Positions 35,681 through 45,213 are shown, counted from the first letter of the stretch. The stretch is DNA of 64,000 bases from Nitrospinaceae bacterium (GCA_029261595.1 JAJDAZ010000039.1:21861-85860), one strand, 5' to 3'. Notes: generated by a model not told the origin, from the sequence alone. Numbers and translations are program-made.

Positions 35681-37333
35681 ATGTTGAAATCATTTATTAA
35701 ACCAATGGCAGTTTTAGTTGCCTTGGGGCTTAGCTTTTCTGCACACGCAGAAACGTTAACTCGAGAGACCGGTGCGCCAGTGGGTGACAACCAGAACTCA
35801 AAAACAGCAGGTCCCGCAGGTGGCATATTACTGGAAGACGCTCACCTGCTCGAAAAACTGGCCCGGTTCGACCGGGAGCGAATCCCGGAACGGGTGGTGC
35901 ATCCCAGAGGGGTCGGCGCTCATGGAGTTTTTAAATCCTACGGCAATTTTTCTGATGTGACCCGTGCCAAAGTTTTATCCGAGGAAGGGGAAAAAACCGA
36001 TGTGTTTGTACGGTTTTCTTCAGTGATTCACTCGAAGGGATCGCCCGAGACGCTTCGTGATCCGCGCGGTTTTGCGGTGAAGTTTTACACGGAGGAAGGC
36101 AACTGGGACCTGGTCGGCAATAACCTGCCGGTATTTTTCATCCGCGATACCATTAAGTTTCCCGACATGGTTCACTCTCTGAAACCCGATCCGGTGACCA
36201 ATAAACAGGACCCGAATCGAATCTTCGATTTCATGGCCCACCATCCGGAGAGTATTCACATGTGGACGCACCTGTTCTCGAATAAGGGTACCCCTCGCAC
36301 TCTGCGCGGAATGGATGGCAATGGAGTGCATGCCTACAAATTTGTGAACAAAAAGGGCGATATTCGCTATGTGAAATTCCGTTGGAAATCCATGCAACCG
36401 GATAAAGGACTTTCTGGAAAAGAAGCGCAAGCCATGCAGGGCAAGGATTTCAGTCATCTCACCAACGATTTGTACATGGCCATCAACAAGAGAAACAATC
36501 CTTCATGGGAGTTGGTTGGCTTGATGATGAACCTCGAGGACATGACCTCTCTGGATTTCAATCCGCTGGATGCGACCAAAGATTGGAATTGTGAGATGGA
36601 AGTCGTCACTTGCAAAAAGTTGGGAAGAATGACTTTGAATCGCGTGCCCAAGAATTTCTTCCAGTTCACAGAGCAGGCGGCCTTTTCCCCGGCGGTTTTT
36701 GTTCCTGGAATTGAACCTTCAGAAGACCGTTTGCTCCAGGGGCGTTTGTTCTCATACTCAGACACCCAAAGGTATCGGTTGGGAGTCAATTACCAATACC
36801 TGCCTGTGAACCGCGCTAAAAATGAAATCAACACGTTTAACCAGGATGGTGTGGGCGCGACTTTACGGGCCAGGGACTTAAATGTTAACTACCAGCCCAA
36901 CGGTTTCGATGGCAGTGCAAACCGTAACCGCGGCAACATGGCTGATGATCCTCAGTTCCGATCCAGCAGCAACAAACTGTCTGGAGAAACTCAGCAAAAG
37001 ATGATCGAGAAAACACTTAACTTCAAACAAGCGGGCGAAGTATATCGATCGTATAGTGAATTCGACAAAAAGCACCTGATCATGAATTTTGCTGGTGACT
37101 TGAATCAAGTTGCGAACAAGAAAATTGTCGAACATATGGTGGGTTATGCCTACGCGGCCGACCCGGATTATGGGATGCGCCTGGCTAAAGCCACCAACAC
37201 GGAGCCTAAAGTTGCAGAGCAGATTGCCCGCCGGGTCCAGGATGGCCTCAATAAGTTGGCATCGAGCGAGCCTCTGCAAAAAACTGGAAGCGCAAAAGCA
37301 AGCGACACCAGCAACAATAATGCGCCTCTTTAA
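35681..37333 (+). CDS. Monofunctional heme catalase with N-terminal signal peptide
   Basis: FDRERIPERVVHPRGVGAHGVF with distal His, RLFSYSDTQRYRLG with proximal Tyr. Signal peptide MLKSFIKPMAVLVALGLSFSAHA. Confidence 0.95.
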   Translation: MLKSFIKPMAVLVALGLSFSAHAETLTRETGAPVGDNQNSKTAGPAGGILLEDAHLLEKLARFDRERIPERVVHPRGVGAHGVFKSYGNFSDVTRAKVLSEEGEKTDVFVRFSSVIHSKGSPETLRDPRGFAVKFYTEEGNWDLVGNNLPVFFIRDTIKFPDMVHSLKPDPVTNKQDPNRIFDFMAHHPESIHMWTHLFSNKGTPRTLRGMDGNGVHAYKFVNKKGDIRYVKFRWKSMQPDKGLSGKEAQAMQGKDFSHLTNDLYMAINKRNNPSWELVGLMMNLEDMTSLDFNPLDATKDWNCEMEVVTCKKLGRMTLNRVPKNFFQFTEQAAFSPAVFVPGIEPSEDRLLQGRLFSYSDTQRYRLGVNYQYLPVNRAKNEINTFNQDGVGATLRARDLNVNYQPNGFDGSANRNRGNMADDPQFRSSSNKLSGETQQKMIEKTLNFKQAGEVYRSYSEFDKKHLIMNFAGDLNQVANKKIVEHMVGYAYAADPDYGMRLAKATNTEPKVAEQIARRVQDGLNKLASSEPLQKTGSAKASDTSNNNAPL

Positions 37334-37395
37334 CCTTTAGAAAAAGATGGCTCCTCAAACTCTGCTTTGGGGAGCCATTTTGACAGGAGAAAAAA

Positions 37396-37968
37396 ATGAA
37401 GAAGACTCTATTCATGATCACATTTTTATTTACGGCTCATTCTCTGGCAGTGAATGCAAAAGAAAACAGTTACCAGCCGACGGGGACCGCCAATAAAGTG
37501 ATTGCCCTGGTCATCAAGGCGGCCAAGGAGAATAACCAGGCACTCATCGACCAATACGTTGAGCTGGGCGGGAATGTCAATGTGTCCGACCAAAAAGGCT
37601 ACACGCCATTGATATACGCGGCTTATTTCGGTCACGAGCGGCTGGTCGATTTCCTGTTAAAAAATAACGCCAACGCCTGTATGAAAGACAAACGCGGCAA
37701 CACAGCCTTGATGGGGGCTATATTCAAGGGCCATGTAACGATCGCATTTCGATTGCTGAAATCGGAATGTGAAATTGACCAGAACAATAACGCCAACCAG
37801 ACAGCTCTAATGTATGCCACGCTCTTTGGCAGAAAACAAATCGCCGAGAAACTAATTACCAATGGAGCTGATATGAAGGCGCAGGATACGAACGGCAATT
37901 CGGCCACGAGTCTGGCAGAAGACCAGTTGAACCGGGAAATGATTGTCTTACTGGAAAGATACAAGTGA
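37396..37968 (+). CDS. Exported ankyrin-repeat protein (AnkB-like catalase partner)
   Basis: Signal peptide followed by four ANK repeats (GYTPLIYAAYFGHERLVDFLLKNNAN..., GNTALMGAI..., QTALMYATLFGRKQIAEKLITNGAD...). Confidence 0.85.
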   Translation: MKKTLFMITFLFTAHSLAVNAKENSYQPTGTANKVIALVIKAAKENNQALIDQYVELGGNVNVSDQKGYTPLIYAAYFGHERLVDFLLKNNANACMKDKRGNTALMGAIFKGHVTIAFRLLKSECEIDQNNNANQTALMYATLFGRKQIAEKLITNGADMKAQDTNGNSATSLAEDQLNREMIVLLERYK

Positions 37969-38069
37969 CACGACTGCTTTCAAGACACCGATTAAAACCT
38001 TTGGTGTATCGCTAAAATAAATAAGGAAGCCGCCGCGTAAACATTCCAAATATAAAGTTATCGAATTTT

Positions 38070-38085
38070 AGTGATCCTGATCACA
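38070..38085. promoter_or_regulatory. CRP/FNR-type palindrome AGTGA-N6-TCACA
   Basis: One mismatch to TGTGA-N6-TCACA. Lies 187 nt upstream of the Crp/Fnr-family gene. Confidence 0.45.
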
Positions 38086-38271
38086 TTTTTTATCTCCAAT
38101 ACTCTTGGAAAAACGATAGATTATTTTGTGACAGAGAAAAAACAGGAATTCTAATTATAAGATGGTTAGAATGGAAAATTAGAGCGGAGGAATTTACCGG
38201 TTCCGTTTCTATGTATAATAGACCCTGATTTAAAGAGCCCAACCAACCTAGAACAAGACAATAAGGTCACC

Positions 38272-38958
38272 ATGCTCACAAAAATTCAAAGCCTGAAAAA
38301 CATTCCCATTTTTTCATCATTGTCCGAAAAACATTTGGAAGAGCTTTCCGAAATCATGCTTGAAAAGACCTATCGTAAAAACCAGGTGATTTTTGATCAG
38401 GGCGACCCCGGCAATTCTTTAATTATTATTAAGAGCGGGCTGGTCAAAATTTCCCTGGTCGATTCCAACAATCATGAGTTTATTATCAAAACATTTTCGA
38501 TGAATGATTTCTTCGGCGAAATGTCTCTTCTCGACTGCGGGCCCAGGAGCGCCACCGCGACCGCCGTAGAAGATACCCTGGCCCTCATCATTTTCCGCGA
38601 CAATTTTATCGGCCTCATTCAAAAGAATCCTTCCGTGGCTCTGGGAATGTTGACCGAACTGTCCAATCGCCTGCGGACGACGACGGAAAACATTTCAAAT
38701 CTTACTTTTTTCGATGCGTATGGGAAAGTGGCGCGTTGTCTTTTGGACCTTGCCGATAAAATAGGAAAAAAGGAGGAAACTGGGCTGGCAATGCAATTGA
38801 CCCTTTCGCGTCAGGAACTGGCCAATATGTCAGGACTGTCACGCGAAACCTTTGCCCGGATTCTGAAGGAATTTCAAATCCGCGGTTGCCTGAAAGTGCA
38901 GGGAAAAAAGATTCTCATACTGGATGAAAAAATCATGCGCCGGGAAATTGTTATTTAA
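38272..38958 (+). CDS. Crp/Fnr family transcriptional regulator
   Basis: cNMP-binding domain (FFGEMSLLDCGPRSATATAV) and C-terminal HTH (SRQELANMSGLSRETFARILKEF). Confidence 0.9.
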   Translation: MLTKIQSLKNIPIFSSLSEKHLEELSEIMLEKTYRKNQVIFDQGDPGNSLIIIKSGLVKISLVDSNNHEFIIKTFSMNDFFGEMSLLDCGPRSATATAVEDTLALIIFRDNFIGLIQKNPSVALGMLTELSNRLRTTTENISNLTFFDAYGKVARCLLDLADKIGKKEETGLAMQLTLSRQELANMSGLSRETFARILKEFQIRGCLKVQGKKILILDEKIMRREIVI

Positions 38959-39005
38959 ACGGGATCGCAAGCCACCCTTCTATGGTTCGCATGGCATTCC
39001 CTCAA

Positions 39006-39016
39006 CCCCCCCCCCC
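39006..39016 (+). repeat. Homopolymeric C11 tract
   Basis: 11 consecutive C in the convergent intergenic gap between crp and the cyclase gene. Confidence 0.95.
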
Positions 39017-39031
39017 GTTATTTTGTCCGGC

Positions 39032-41362
39032 TTATTTGGTCGGCAAACGAAACACCCCGTCCCAGATTTCAGGCGGCGGGTTCATCTTAAAACGCAGACA
39101 ACGGTTTCTGAAAGTTCTGGACGGTCCGTCCACCGGGTTGATCTTCAGCGCCTGCTCAAAAAAATGGATCGCCTCTGCCCAGTTTCTCTTTTGGTAATGA
39201 GCAAGCCCTTTATTATAAAACGGCAGAATCTCCAGGACCGCCGCATCGATGGACCCTGCTTTTCCTAACAGTTCATACACTTTTACCGGCGAAATTCGTC
39301 CCACCACGCGGATAGTTTCCAGATCACGGACCTCTATATGGTTTTTAGCCTGACGGTAGGTGGACTCGCTAATTAAGGAGAAGGTTCCGTATTCCTTGTT
39401 TGCGGCTTCCAGGCGGGCGGCCAGATTCACGGAATCGCCATTGATCCCGTAATTCATCCGGTTTTTAGAGCCCATGTTTCCCACAACCATGGACCCCGTG
39501 TTGATTCCGACCCGCATGTATAATTCCGGCCTTCCCGACTTTTTCCACTGCTCACGAAGTTGAGCGAGTTTTTCCTGCATTTCAATGCCTACCCAGCAGG
39601 CGCGCTTTGCGTGATCCGGAAAATACAGCGGCGCCCCAAAAAAGGATTTGATGGCGTCGCCGTCGTATTTGTCCAAAGTTCCCTGGTACTTGAAAAGAAT
39701 TTCGGTCATTTCGGTGAGATAGGAATTCAGAATGTTGACCAGTTGTTCAGGGGGATACTTTTCAGAAAGGGTAGTGAACCCTTCGATATCGGTGAACAAC
39801 GCCGTCAGTTCCTTTTGTTCGCCGCCGAGTTTCAACCGGCCCGGTTCTTTCAACAGTTGATCTATGACGCTGGCCGGCAAATACTTACTGAAGACATTTT
39901 GGACCATTTGTTTTTGCTTCATTTCGGTGCCGTACCGGTAAATCATGAGAGTAGCCAGGATCAGCATATTTTCCAGCAAGGGGTAAACGTCCGTGATCCA
40001 GAAATTTTTATGGACCAGTACCCAATGGCTGAGGCCAAATTGCAGGGCCAGGGAAAAGAGCCAGATCAATGACCCGAAACCGGGCCTGATGCGGGAGTAA
40101 ATCCCTGTCAGCAGCAGGCCCCAAATGACCAGATAGGCCATGTCAATGATTTCGATCGAATCGGGCTGATGCAGGGAATTTTTGTGCAGGATATTGTCAA
40201 TGACCGTGGCGTGAATTTCCACTCCAGGGTAGTTGGGGTCGAAAGGCGTGATCTTGATGTTTTCCAATCCCGGTGCGGTGGCTCCGATCAGAACAATTTT
40301 ATCGCGCAAACTACCCTCGGGAACCAGGTCTTTTCTGCCATGAATGATGTCGGTTACCGAGTAATGGGGGAAGGTGTTGCGCGACCCCATGAAATTGATT
40401 TGGACTTCCCCTTTGACGTTGGTCAGGATTTCCAAAGGGAAGTCTCCATCCAGCAGAACATTTTTGACCCCCAGCTCGCCCACCCGGAACAATAAAGTCC
40501 CGTCAAGAAATTCTTCCAAAACTCGAATCGCCAGCGGAGGAAAAAAATAATCCTGATCGCTTTCTTTATCATGATATTTGACGATGAGGGGGAGCTTTCG
40601 AATCGATCCGTCCGGTTCGACATCGGTGCTGATGAATCCCGATTGTTTGACTGCCTTGGACAGAACGGGAATATTGGATTCGACGGCGAAGGCGGATCGA
40701 AAATCTACGGACGATAAATCCACCTTATCGCTGGATTTAATAAACCCGACAAATTTGGAGGGCTTGATATTTTGAAAAAAACCGTGCAAGGCATTTTCTG
40801 AAAGATGGTCCAATCCTTCCGGGTGAAAATGAAAAAAATAACCCAATACAGAACGCTTGGACTTTCCCAGGATCTCGGAAAATTGCTTGTCGTATTCTGC
40901 ATTTTGGATAAAACGTTCCACCGTTTGAAAAACTTCAGGGTTGCCTGAGGTTTTATCCAGCAGTTGCTGTTGCAATTTCTTGAGGTCCTTGATTCTTGAA
41001 GTATCATCCGGCGAAGAAAAAACCATATCAAAACCGATGACCCTGGCTTGCTGATCCATCAATTTCTCCACCAGCCGGGTTAAATTTTTTCTCGGCCAGG
41101 GCCATCGCCCCAACTCGTCGATACTTTTTTCATCAATCGCCGCAATCACAACCTCAGGCCCCGGGGACAGGGGGCCCCGCCACTTAAAATGGGCATTTTG
41201 GAACATGAGTTCCAATTGATAGATCAATGGCGGTTGCGCTCTGTAAAAAACAACCGCCATTGCTGTAATGAAAAGACCCAGGACCCAGGGCACTAGTTTT
41301 CTCATCATCGCCAAAGAAAATTCCGGACTATTTATTGAAAAATCAATTGTATCATGCACCAT
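39032..41362 (-). CDS. CHASE2-sensor class III adenylate/guanylate cyclase with a C-terminal TPR
   Basis: 776 aa: N-terminal TM, periplasmic CHASE2 region, 3 TM, a cyclase domain (LTALFTDIEGFTTLSE...GDAIKSFFGAP...RVGINTGSMVVGNMG) and a TPR tail. The start could be the internal MMRK. Confidence 0.85.
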   Translation of the reverse strand: MVHDTIDFSINSPEFSLAMMRKLVPWVLGLFITAMAVVFYRAQPPLIYQLELMFQNAHFKWRGPLSPGPEVVIAAIDEKSIDELGRWPWPRKNLTRLVEKLMDQQARVIGFDMVFSSPDDTSRIKDLKKLQQQLLDKTSGNPEVFQTVERFIQNAEYDKQFSEILGKSKRSVLGYFFHFHPEGLDHLSENALHGFFQNIKPSKFVGFIKSSDKVDLSSVDFRSAFAVESNIPVLSKAVKQSGFISTDVEPDGSIRKLPLIVKYHDKESDQDYFFPPLAIRVLEEFLDGTLLFRVGELGVKNVLLDGDFPLEILTNVKGEVQINFMGSRNTFPHYSVTDIIHGRKDLVPEGSLRDKIVLIGATAPGLENIKITPFDPNYPGVEIHATVIDNILHKNSLHQPDSIEIIDMAYLVIWGLLLTGIYSRIRPGFGSLIWLFSLALQFGLSHWVLVHKNFWITDVYPLLENMLILATLMIYRYGTEMKQKQMVQNVFSKYLPASVIDQLLKEPGRLKLGGEQKELTALFTDIEGFTTLSEKYPPEQLVNILNSYLTEMTEILFKYQGTLDKYDGDAIKSFFGAPLYFPDHAKRACWVGIEMQEKLAQLREQWKKSGRPELYMRVGINTGSMVVGNMGSKNRMNYGINGDSVNLAARLEAANKEYGTFSLISESTYRQAKNHIEVRDLETIRVVGRISPVKVYELLGKAGSIDAAVLEILPFYNKGLAHYQKRNWAEAIHFFEQALKINPVDGPSRTFRNRCLRFKMNPPPEIWDGVFRLPTK

Positions 41363-41450
41363 TAAAATCTCTTAACTTGACAAGCAAACTCAGCCTTTTA
41401 AAATGAAATATCGGCACTGAAAACGCTTGCAAAACTACGGTTAAGAGGCC

Positions 41451-42653
41451 ATGAATATGCGGAAAAAATTTTTGCGCCCGGAATCCAGGATTTCCCTGCC
41501 AGCCTTATTTTTTACTATTTTGGCGATTATTTTCCACTCGCTTTATCTTCCGTCAGCATTTTCCAAAGAGAAAAAAAGAATCACCCGTGAAGAATTTATT
41601 AACGTCCTGGCCAAGCATCAACCCACAAGTTCGCTCGTTCCAAAAAACTCGGCGGCCCTGTCCGAAGACGAAATATACGCCCAAACAATCCAGCTGTTGA
41701 AACTGCAGGGCTTCAATGCTCTGGAAGGAAAAGATCCTGGAGGTCCCTTGCTGGACATGGAATTTGTAGTGGTCACTTACGCGTTTACCGGGGCGCCTGC
41801 GGGAAAGGGTCTTCTCGACCAGAAATTGTATTTAAAAAATGCAGGCATCGTGATTTCGCCCGATATCGGCCTGGCCACCGCCGTCGAGGGGAAGGTTTTT
41901 CAATCCACCGACGGGGAGAAATTGAAAAGACGGACCCAGATCGCCTCCCCCGTTTTTTTGAAGGATAAAATAGATACCGGAGTGAACTCCAAAGTGTCCT
42001 TTGCCTTTGATGACGCCAGCACGATTTCCATCGGCGAGAACGCACGGGTCAAGATCACCAAACACATCTTTGATCCCGATAAGAATTTACGCCAAACCGT
42101 GGTCCAGGTTTCCTTAGGCGCCGTCCGGTTTGCGGTGACCAAGGAAAAAAACAAGGACTCGACCTTCAAAGTGATCACCCCTGCCGGGATAGCCGGCGTG
42201 CGGGGCACGGAATTCGTGGTCATCGTCAAACCGGATGGAACTTCCACCTTTGTGGGACTGGAAGGCTCCATTGAAACCGTTCCCTTTTCCCCGGAAGGGA
42301 AACCTGGAAAAGCTCAGATCATTTCCGGGGAGCAAACTCAGGAGATTTCCGGCCAAGGCCAGGCCTCTGCGGTGACCAGGGTTCCTTCAGAATTGATGCA
42401 AAAAGCCCAACAAGACACTGCCATTGATCCCATGATTTCCAAAGACCAGGGGGTCACCAAACTGGAAGCGGAAATGGCGGCAAAAATCGCTAACAAGGAA
42501 CGATTATCCAACGAAGCGCAAAAAGAAACCGCCACGTCCGAGGAAGATGAAATAAAATCTCTTCCCCATGAAGGTAACGATTTACCAAAAGACCTGTTGA
42601 AGAAACCAGGGCTTCCGGGCGAACAAACGCTCCCTGATAAGCCCGTCACCTGA
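41451..42653 (+). CDS. FecR-domain exported protein
   Basis: Signal/anchor followed by a FecR-like beta region (ENARVKITKHIF...VSLGAVRFAVTK...AGVRGTEFVVIV). Divergent from the CHASE2 cyclase. Confidence 0.75.
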   Translation: MNMRKKFLRPESRISLPALFFTILAIIFHSLYLPSAFSKEKKRITREEFINVLAKHQPTSSLVPKNSAALSEDEIYAQTIQLLKLQGFNALEGKDPGGPLLDMEFVVVTYAFTGAPAGKGLLDQKLYLKNAGIVISPDIGLATAVEGKVFQSTDGEKLKRRTQIASPVFLKDKIDTGVNSKVSFAFDDASTISIGENARVKITKHIFDPDKNLRQTVVQVSLGAVRFAVTKEKNKDSTFKVITPAGIAGVRGTEFVVIVKPDGTSTFVGLEGSIETVPFSPEGKPGKAQIISGEQTQEISGQGQASAVTRVPSELMQKAQQDTAIDPMISKDQGVTKLEAEMAAKIANKERLSNEAQKETATSEEDEIKSLPHEGNDLPKDLLKKPGLPGEQTLPDKPVT

Positions 42654-43300
42654 TTTCCATTGAGACTTCCTCATGAGGGCTCCCTCAAGCCTGGGCTTAA
42701 AATGTATTCTTTCTCACAAAATAATGTGACTTCACTCCTACTCCTCATTCGCGCCATCCTATAAGGTATCCTCATGGCGATAAAAAGCCATGCTTTTACA
42801 ACACGAGATTCCTCTAACCCCGGCCCCGAAGCGGGCTCCTGTTTCTGACATTCAATACAAATGATTGAAGAGCCTCCTTGAAGGCCTGCCGCGAAACAAC
42901 CCTCCTTCCTGATTCCGGTGCGTCCTTCAATAGACCATTTTGCTTTTTATCCGCTTAATCTCATCAAGGTCTCAAGGAGGTTTTCCCGCAATACCAATTT
43001 TAAAGGGGTCCGTAAACGAAGCTTACCTCCCCGCTTTTCCTCCGGTTCCCTGGTGGGGGTGCCACCTCCCAATCCGATCCAAGCCCCCCCCCAGGGATCG
43101 GGGGCGGACCTTTTCCCTCCCAGAAAGAAACTGGCTTTAACGCAACTTTTGCCACAAACAACCGGCAGTTATCCTGAATCTTTTTTCAGCGTCTGGATAT
43201 CTTAGGGGAGTCGTAGTATCGTTACTTCTCCCTGCCGCATGCTGGAGACGATCAGGGTACCGGTAGGTTTTTATTGGGAGTCCTTTTTTAATAACTGTAT
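42654..43300 (-). ncRNA. Candidate GGA-rich noncoding RNA (boundaries unknown)
   Basis: ~650 nt with no credible ORF. By my count the minus strand has 28 GGA (14 as AGGA) and the plus strand has 7 GGA (2 AGGA). Several motifs sit in or next to short hairpins. No promoter or terminator was identified. Confidence 0.25.
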
Positions 43301-43315
43301 TCAGGATGTTTGCTC

Positions 43316-43504
43316 ATGAATATTTATGAAGATGTCAAAGGCTATCTGGAAGAAATAAAGGAAGAAAACGAAAATTTTAACAAGGCCGAAGACCCGGCAG
43401 ATCAAATTGAAGCTTTGAAGGAAATGATGGATGCCTTTATGCGGGGGGTGCAAAGCACGCGGGAAAAAATTGATCAGTATAATGATCGCCGGTGGCAAAG
43501 GTAG
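43316..43504 (+). CDS. Hypothetical small acidic coiled-coil protein
   Basis: 62 aa from ATG 43316, with AGGA 9 nt upstream. Followed by strong hairpins. Confidence 0.4.
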   Translation: MNIYEDVKGYLEEIKEENENFNKAEDPADQIEALKEMMDAFMRGVQSTREKIDQYNDRRWQR

Positions 43505-43520
43505 GACGCCACCGGAAGGT

Positions 43521-43542
43521 GGAGGGCATCTTCATGCCCTCC
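43521..43542. terminator. Perfect 9-bp hairpin between convergent genes
   Basis: GGAGGGCAT-cttc-ATGCCCTCC, preceded by CCACC-ggaa-GGTGG. No U-run. Confidence 0.45.
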
Positions 43543-43592
43543 CTGCCAGGGTTCCTTCCGTAAGCTCCTTTTTGGACCGGTGTCGAACCCTT

Positions 43593-44375
43593 CTAAAAAA
43601 TTTCCAGTGATTTCAGATTCGGCAGGGTCGCACTTTTTTCCAGAGCCAGAGCCGTGTCCACATCCACATCGTTTCGCACCAACACCAGGTTTTCCAGATG
43701 CGTCAGATGCTTGGACTGCAATAAAGCCTTCATCCCCTCCGGGCCGATCTGGTTGTTATAAAGGTCCAGGCTTTTCAAGTTGGAAAGGTGCGGAGAATTT
43801 GCGATGGCGATCGCGCCTTTATCGGTGATTTGATTGGCGTCAATGTTGAGAACCGTCAGTTGGGCCGCATTGGGGGATTGAACCAGAGCAATGACTCCCG
43901 CATCGCCCAGTTGATTCCGGGTCAGCTTTAATTCTTTTAAGTGGCGAAAATTGGCGGAATCCGCCAGCATTTTGCCGCCCGCTTCAGAGAGGTCATTCCC
44001 CCACAGGTTGAGCAATTCCACATGCTTGAAGGTTGCCGATTCGGTAAGAATTTTTGTTCCTTCATCTCCCAGCTTATTTCCCTGCAACGCCAGGGAAACA
44101 ACATTTTCCAGTTCGGGCGACTCTGCCAGAATGGCCATGCCCTTGACGCCGATCTGCGACTTGTTGAGGTTGATCTCCTTGCCGTCGGGGCTGGTCCGCT
44201 CCTTGATATGCGCGGGGATGTCCGCCGGGGGTCCCTTGGGTCTTCCGTAACCGTGGTGCCCACCGCCTTTTTTTCCGCCCTTGCCCATGTGCTTGCTCGG
44301 GTCGTAAGCCTGGCTGGTTTGCGCGAAAAATAGAATCGCTATTGCGAGGACGACCCATTTAAAAAATATGCTCAT
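43593..44375 (-). CDS. Exported RNI-type leucine-rich-repeat protein
   Basis: Signal peptide and a Gly/His/Lys-rich linker. These are followed by 6-7 repeats of 27-28 residues (L..L.L..N.LGDEG...L). Confidence 0.85.
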   Translation of the reverse strand: MSIFFKWVVLAIAILFFAQTSQAYDPSKHMGKGGKKGGGHHGYGRPKGPPADIPAHIKERTSPDGKEINLNKSQIGVKGMAILAESPELENVVSLALQGNKLGDEGTKILTESATFKHVELLNLWGNDLSEAGGKMLADSANFRHLKELKLTRNQLGDAGVIALVQSPNAAQLTVLNIDANQITDKGAIAIANSPHLSNLKSLDLYNNQIGPEGMKALLQSKHLTHLENLVLVRNDVDVDTALALEKSATLPNLKSLEIF

Positions 44376-44389
44376 TGGTTTCTCCAGTT

Positions 44390-45202
44390 TTAAGAATCAC
44401 GGGCGCAACGGAACCCGATATAATTTTGCGGTTGATAAGGAATAGCTTTTCCACGGATGGCCGAACGTGCCAGATCCATATTGGAGTGCCAGGACCCGCC
44501 CTTAATAACCTTCAGAGTGGTTCCGTAAAGATCGCTTTTATGTTTATTGCCTTCATAGGGCTGGTACCAGTCCGCCGTCCATTCCCAGACATTGCCGGCC
44601 ATGTCGTACACGCCATAAGGGCTCTTGCCCTCCTCATAATCGCCTTTCGGGGCCGTGTACCGGTTCTCATCTTCCAGGCCCCGGACATTGCTTCGAGTGT
44701 TATCCGGATCATTTCCCCAGGGATAGTGACGCTTATCGGTGCCGCGCGCCGCCTTTTCCCATTCCGCTTCCGTGGGCAACCGTTTTTTCGACCATTGACA
44801 ATAATCCACCGCTTCCTGCCAGGAGATGCCCACCAACGGATAACGCGGTTTGTTGAATCGCGGTTCATCCATGAATTTAGCCGCACGACCAGGGACCGCT
44901 TCCCTGAATTTAAGATATTCCTCGTTGGTGACCTCGTATTTATCAATATAGAAGGCTTTGAGATCGACCTGATGAGCCGGGGTTTCATCCAGGTACCATT
45001 CCAGAGATTCAGAAAGAAATTTTTTCGCCACCCACTGAATATCTTTTTCCGTGCTTCCCCTAGTGAAAGGCCCCTTGGGAATGAGTACCATGCCTTGGTT
45101 TGCGCCCGTCCCTGCGGTCTCAGCTGAAACCACCTGGGGTGAAAACGAAAACAAGACGCCCAAAAGGACAGTGGCCATCCCAATTGCAATATTTTTTTTC
45201 AT
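44390..45202 (-). CDS. Exported FGE-sulfatase (SUMF1/formylglycine-generating enzyme fold) domain protein
   Basis: Signal peptide, then MVLIPKGPFTRGS, YEVTNEEY, RLPTEAEWEKAARG, GNVWEWTADW and IKGGSW...IGFRCARD. Confidence 0.85.
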   Translation of the reverse strand: MKKNIAIGMATVLLGVLFSFSPQVVSAETAGTGANQGMVLIPKGPFTRGSTEKDIQWVAKKFLSESLEWYLDETPAHQVDLKAFYIDKYEVTNEEYLKFREAVPGRAAKFMDEPRFNKPRYPLVGISWQEAVDYCQWSKKRLPTEAEWEKAARGTDKRHYPWGNDPDNTRSNVRGLEDENRYTAPKGDYEEGKSPYGVYDMAGNVWEWTADWYQPYEGNKHKSDLYGTTLKVIKGGSWHSNMDLARSAIRGKAIPYQPQNYIGFRCARDS

Positions 45203-45213
45203 AGCTTTTAAAA

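Noticed and set aside
42918-43205. 95-aa Pro-rich plus-strand ORF in the ORF-free region
   Set aside because: Low-complexity translation of a C-rich tract, including the C9 run. It has no SD and an alternative start codon only.
42654-43300. Known structured RNAs (RNase P RNA, tmRNA, SRP RNA, 6S RNA, cobalamin or c-di-GMP riboswitch) in the 650-nt gap
   Set aside because: None of the diagnostic strings were found on either strand. These include the GAGGAAAGTCCGGGC-type P4 of RNase P, the tRNA-like 3' end and tag ORF of tmRNA, and the GGAAGCAGCC-type SRP helix 8. The riboswitch cores were also absent. This needs confirming with Infernal/Rfam.
44390-44520. Diversity-generating retroelement (DGR) target: FGE-fold proteins ending in GGSW...GFRCARD are common DGR variable proteins
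   Set aside because: There is no reverse transcriptase gene in the window. I could not see a template-repeat copy of the 3' end of the gene. The C-terminal codons are not Asn (AAY)-patterned.
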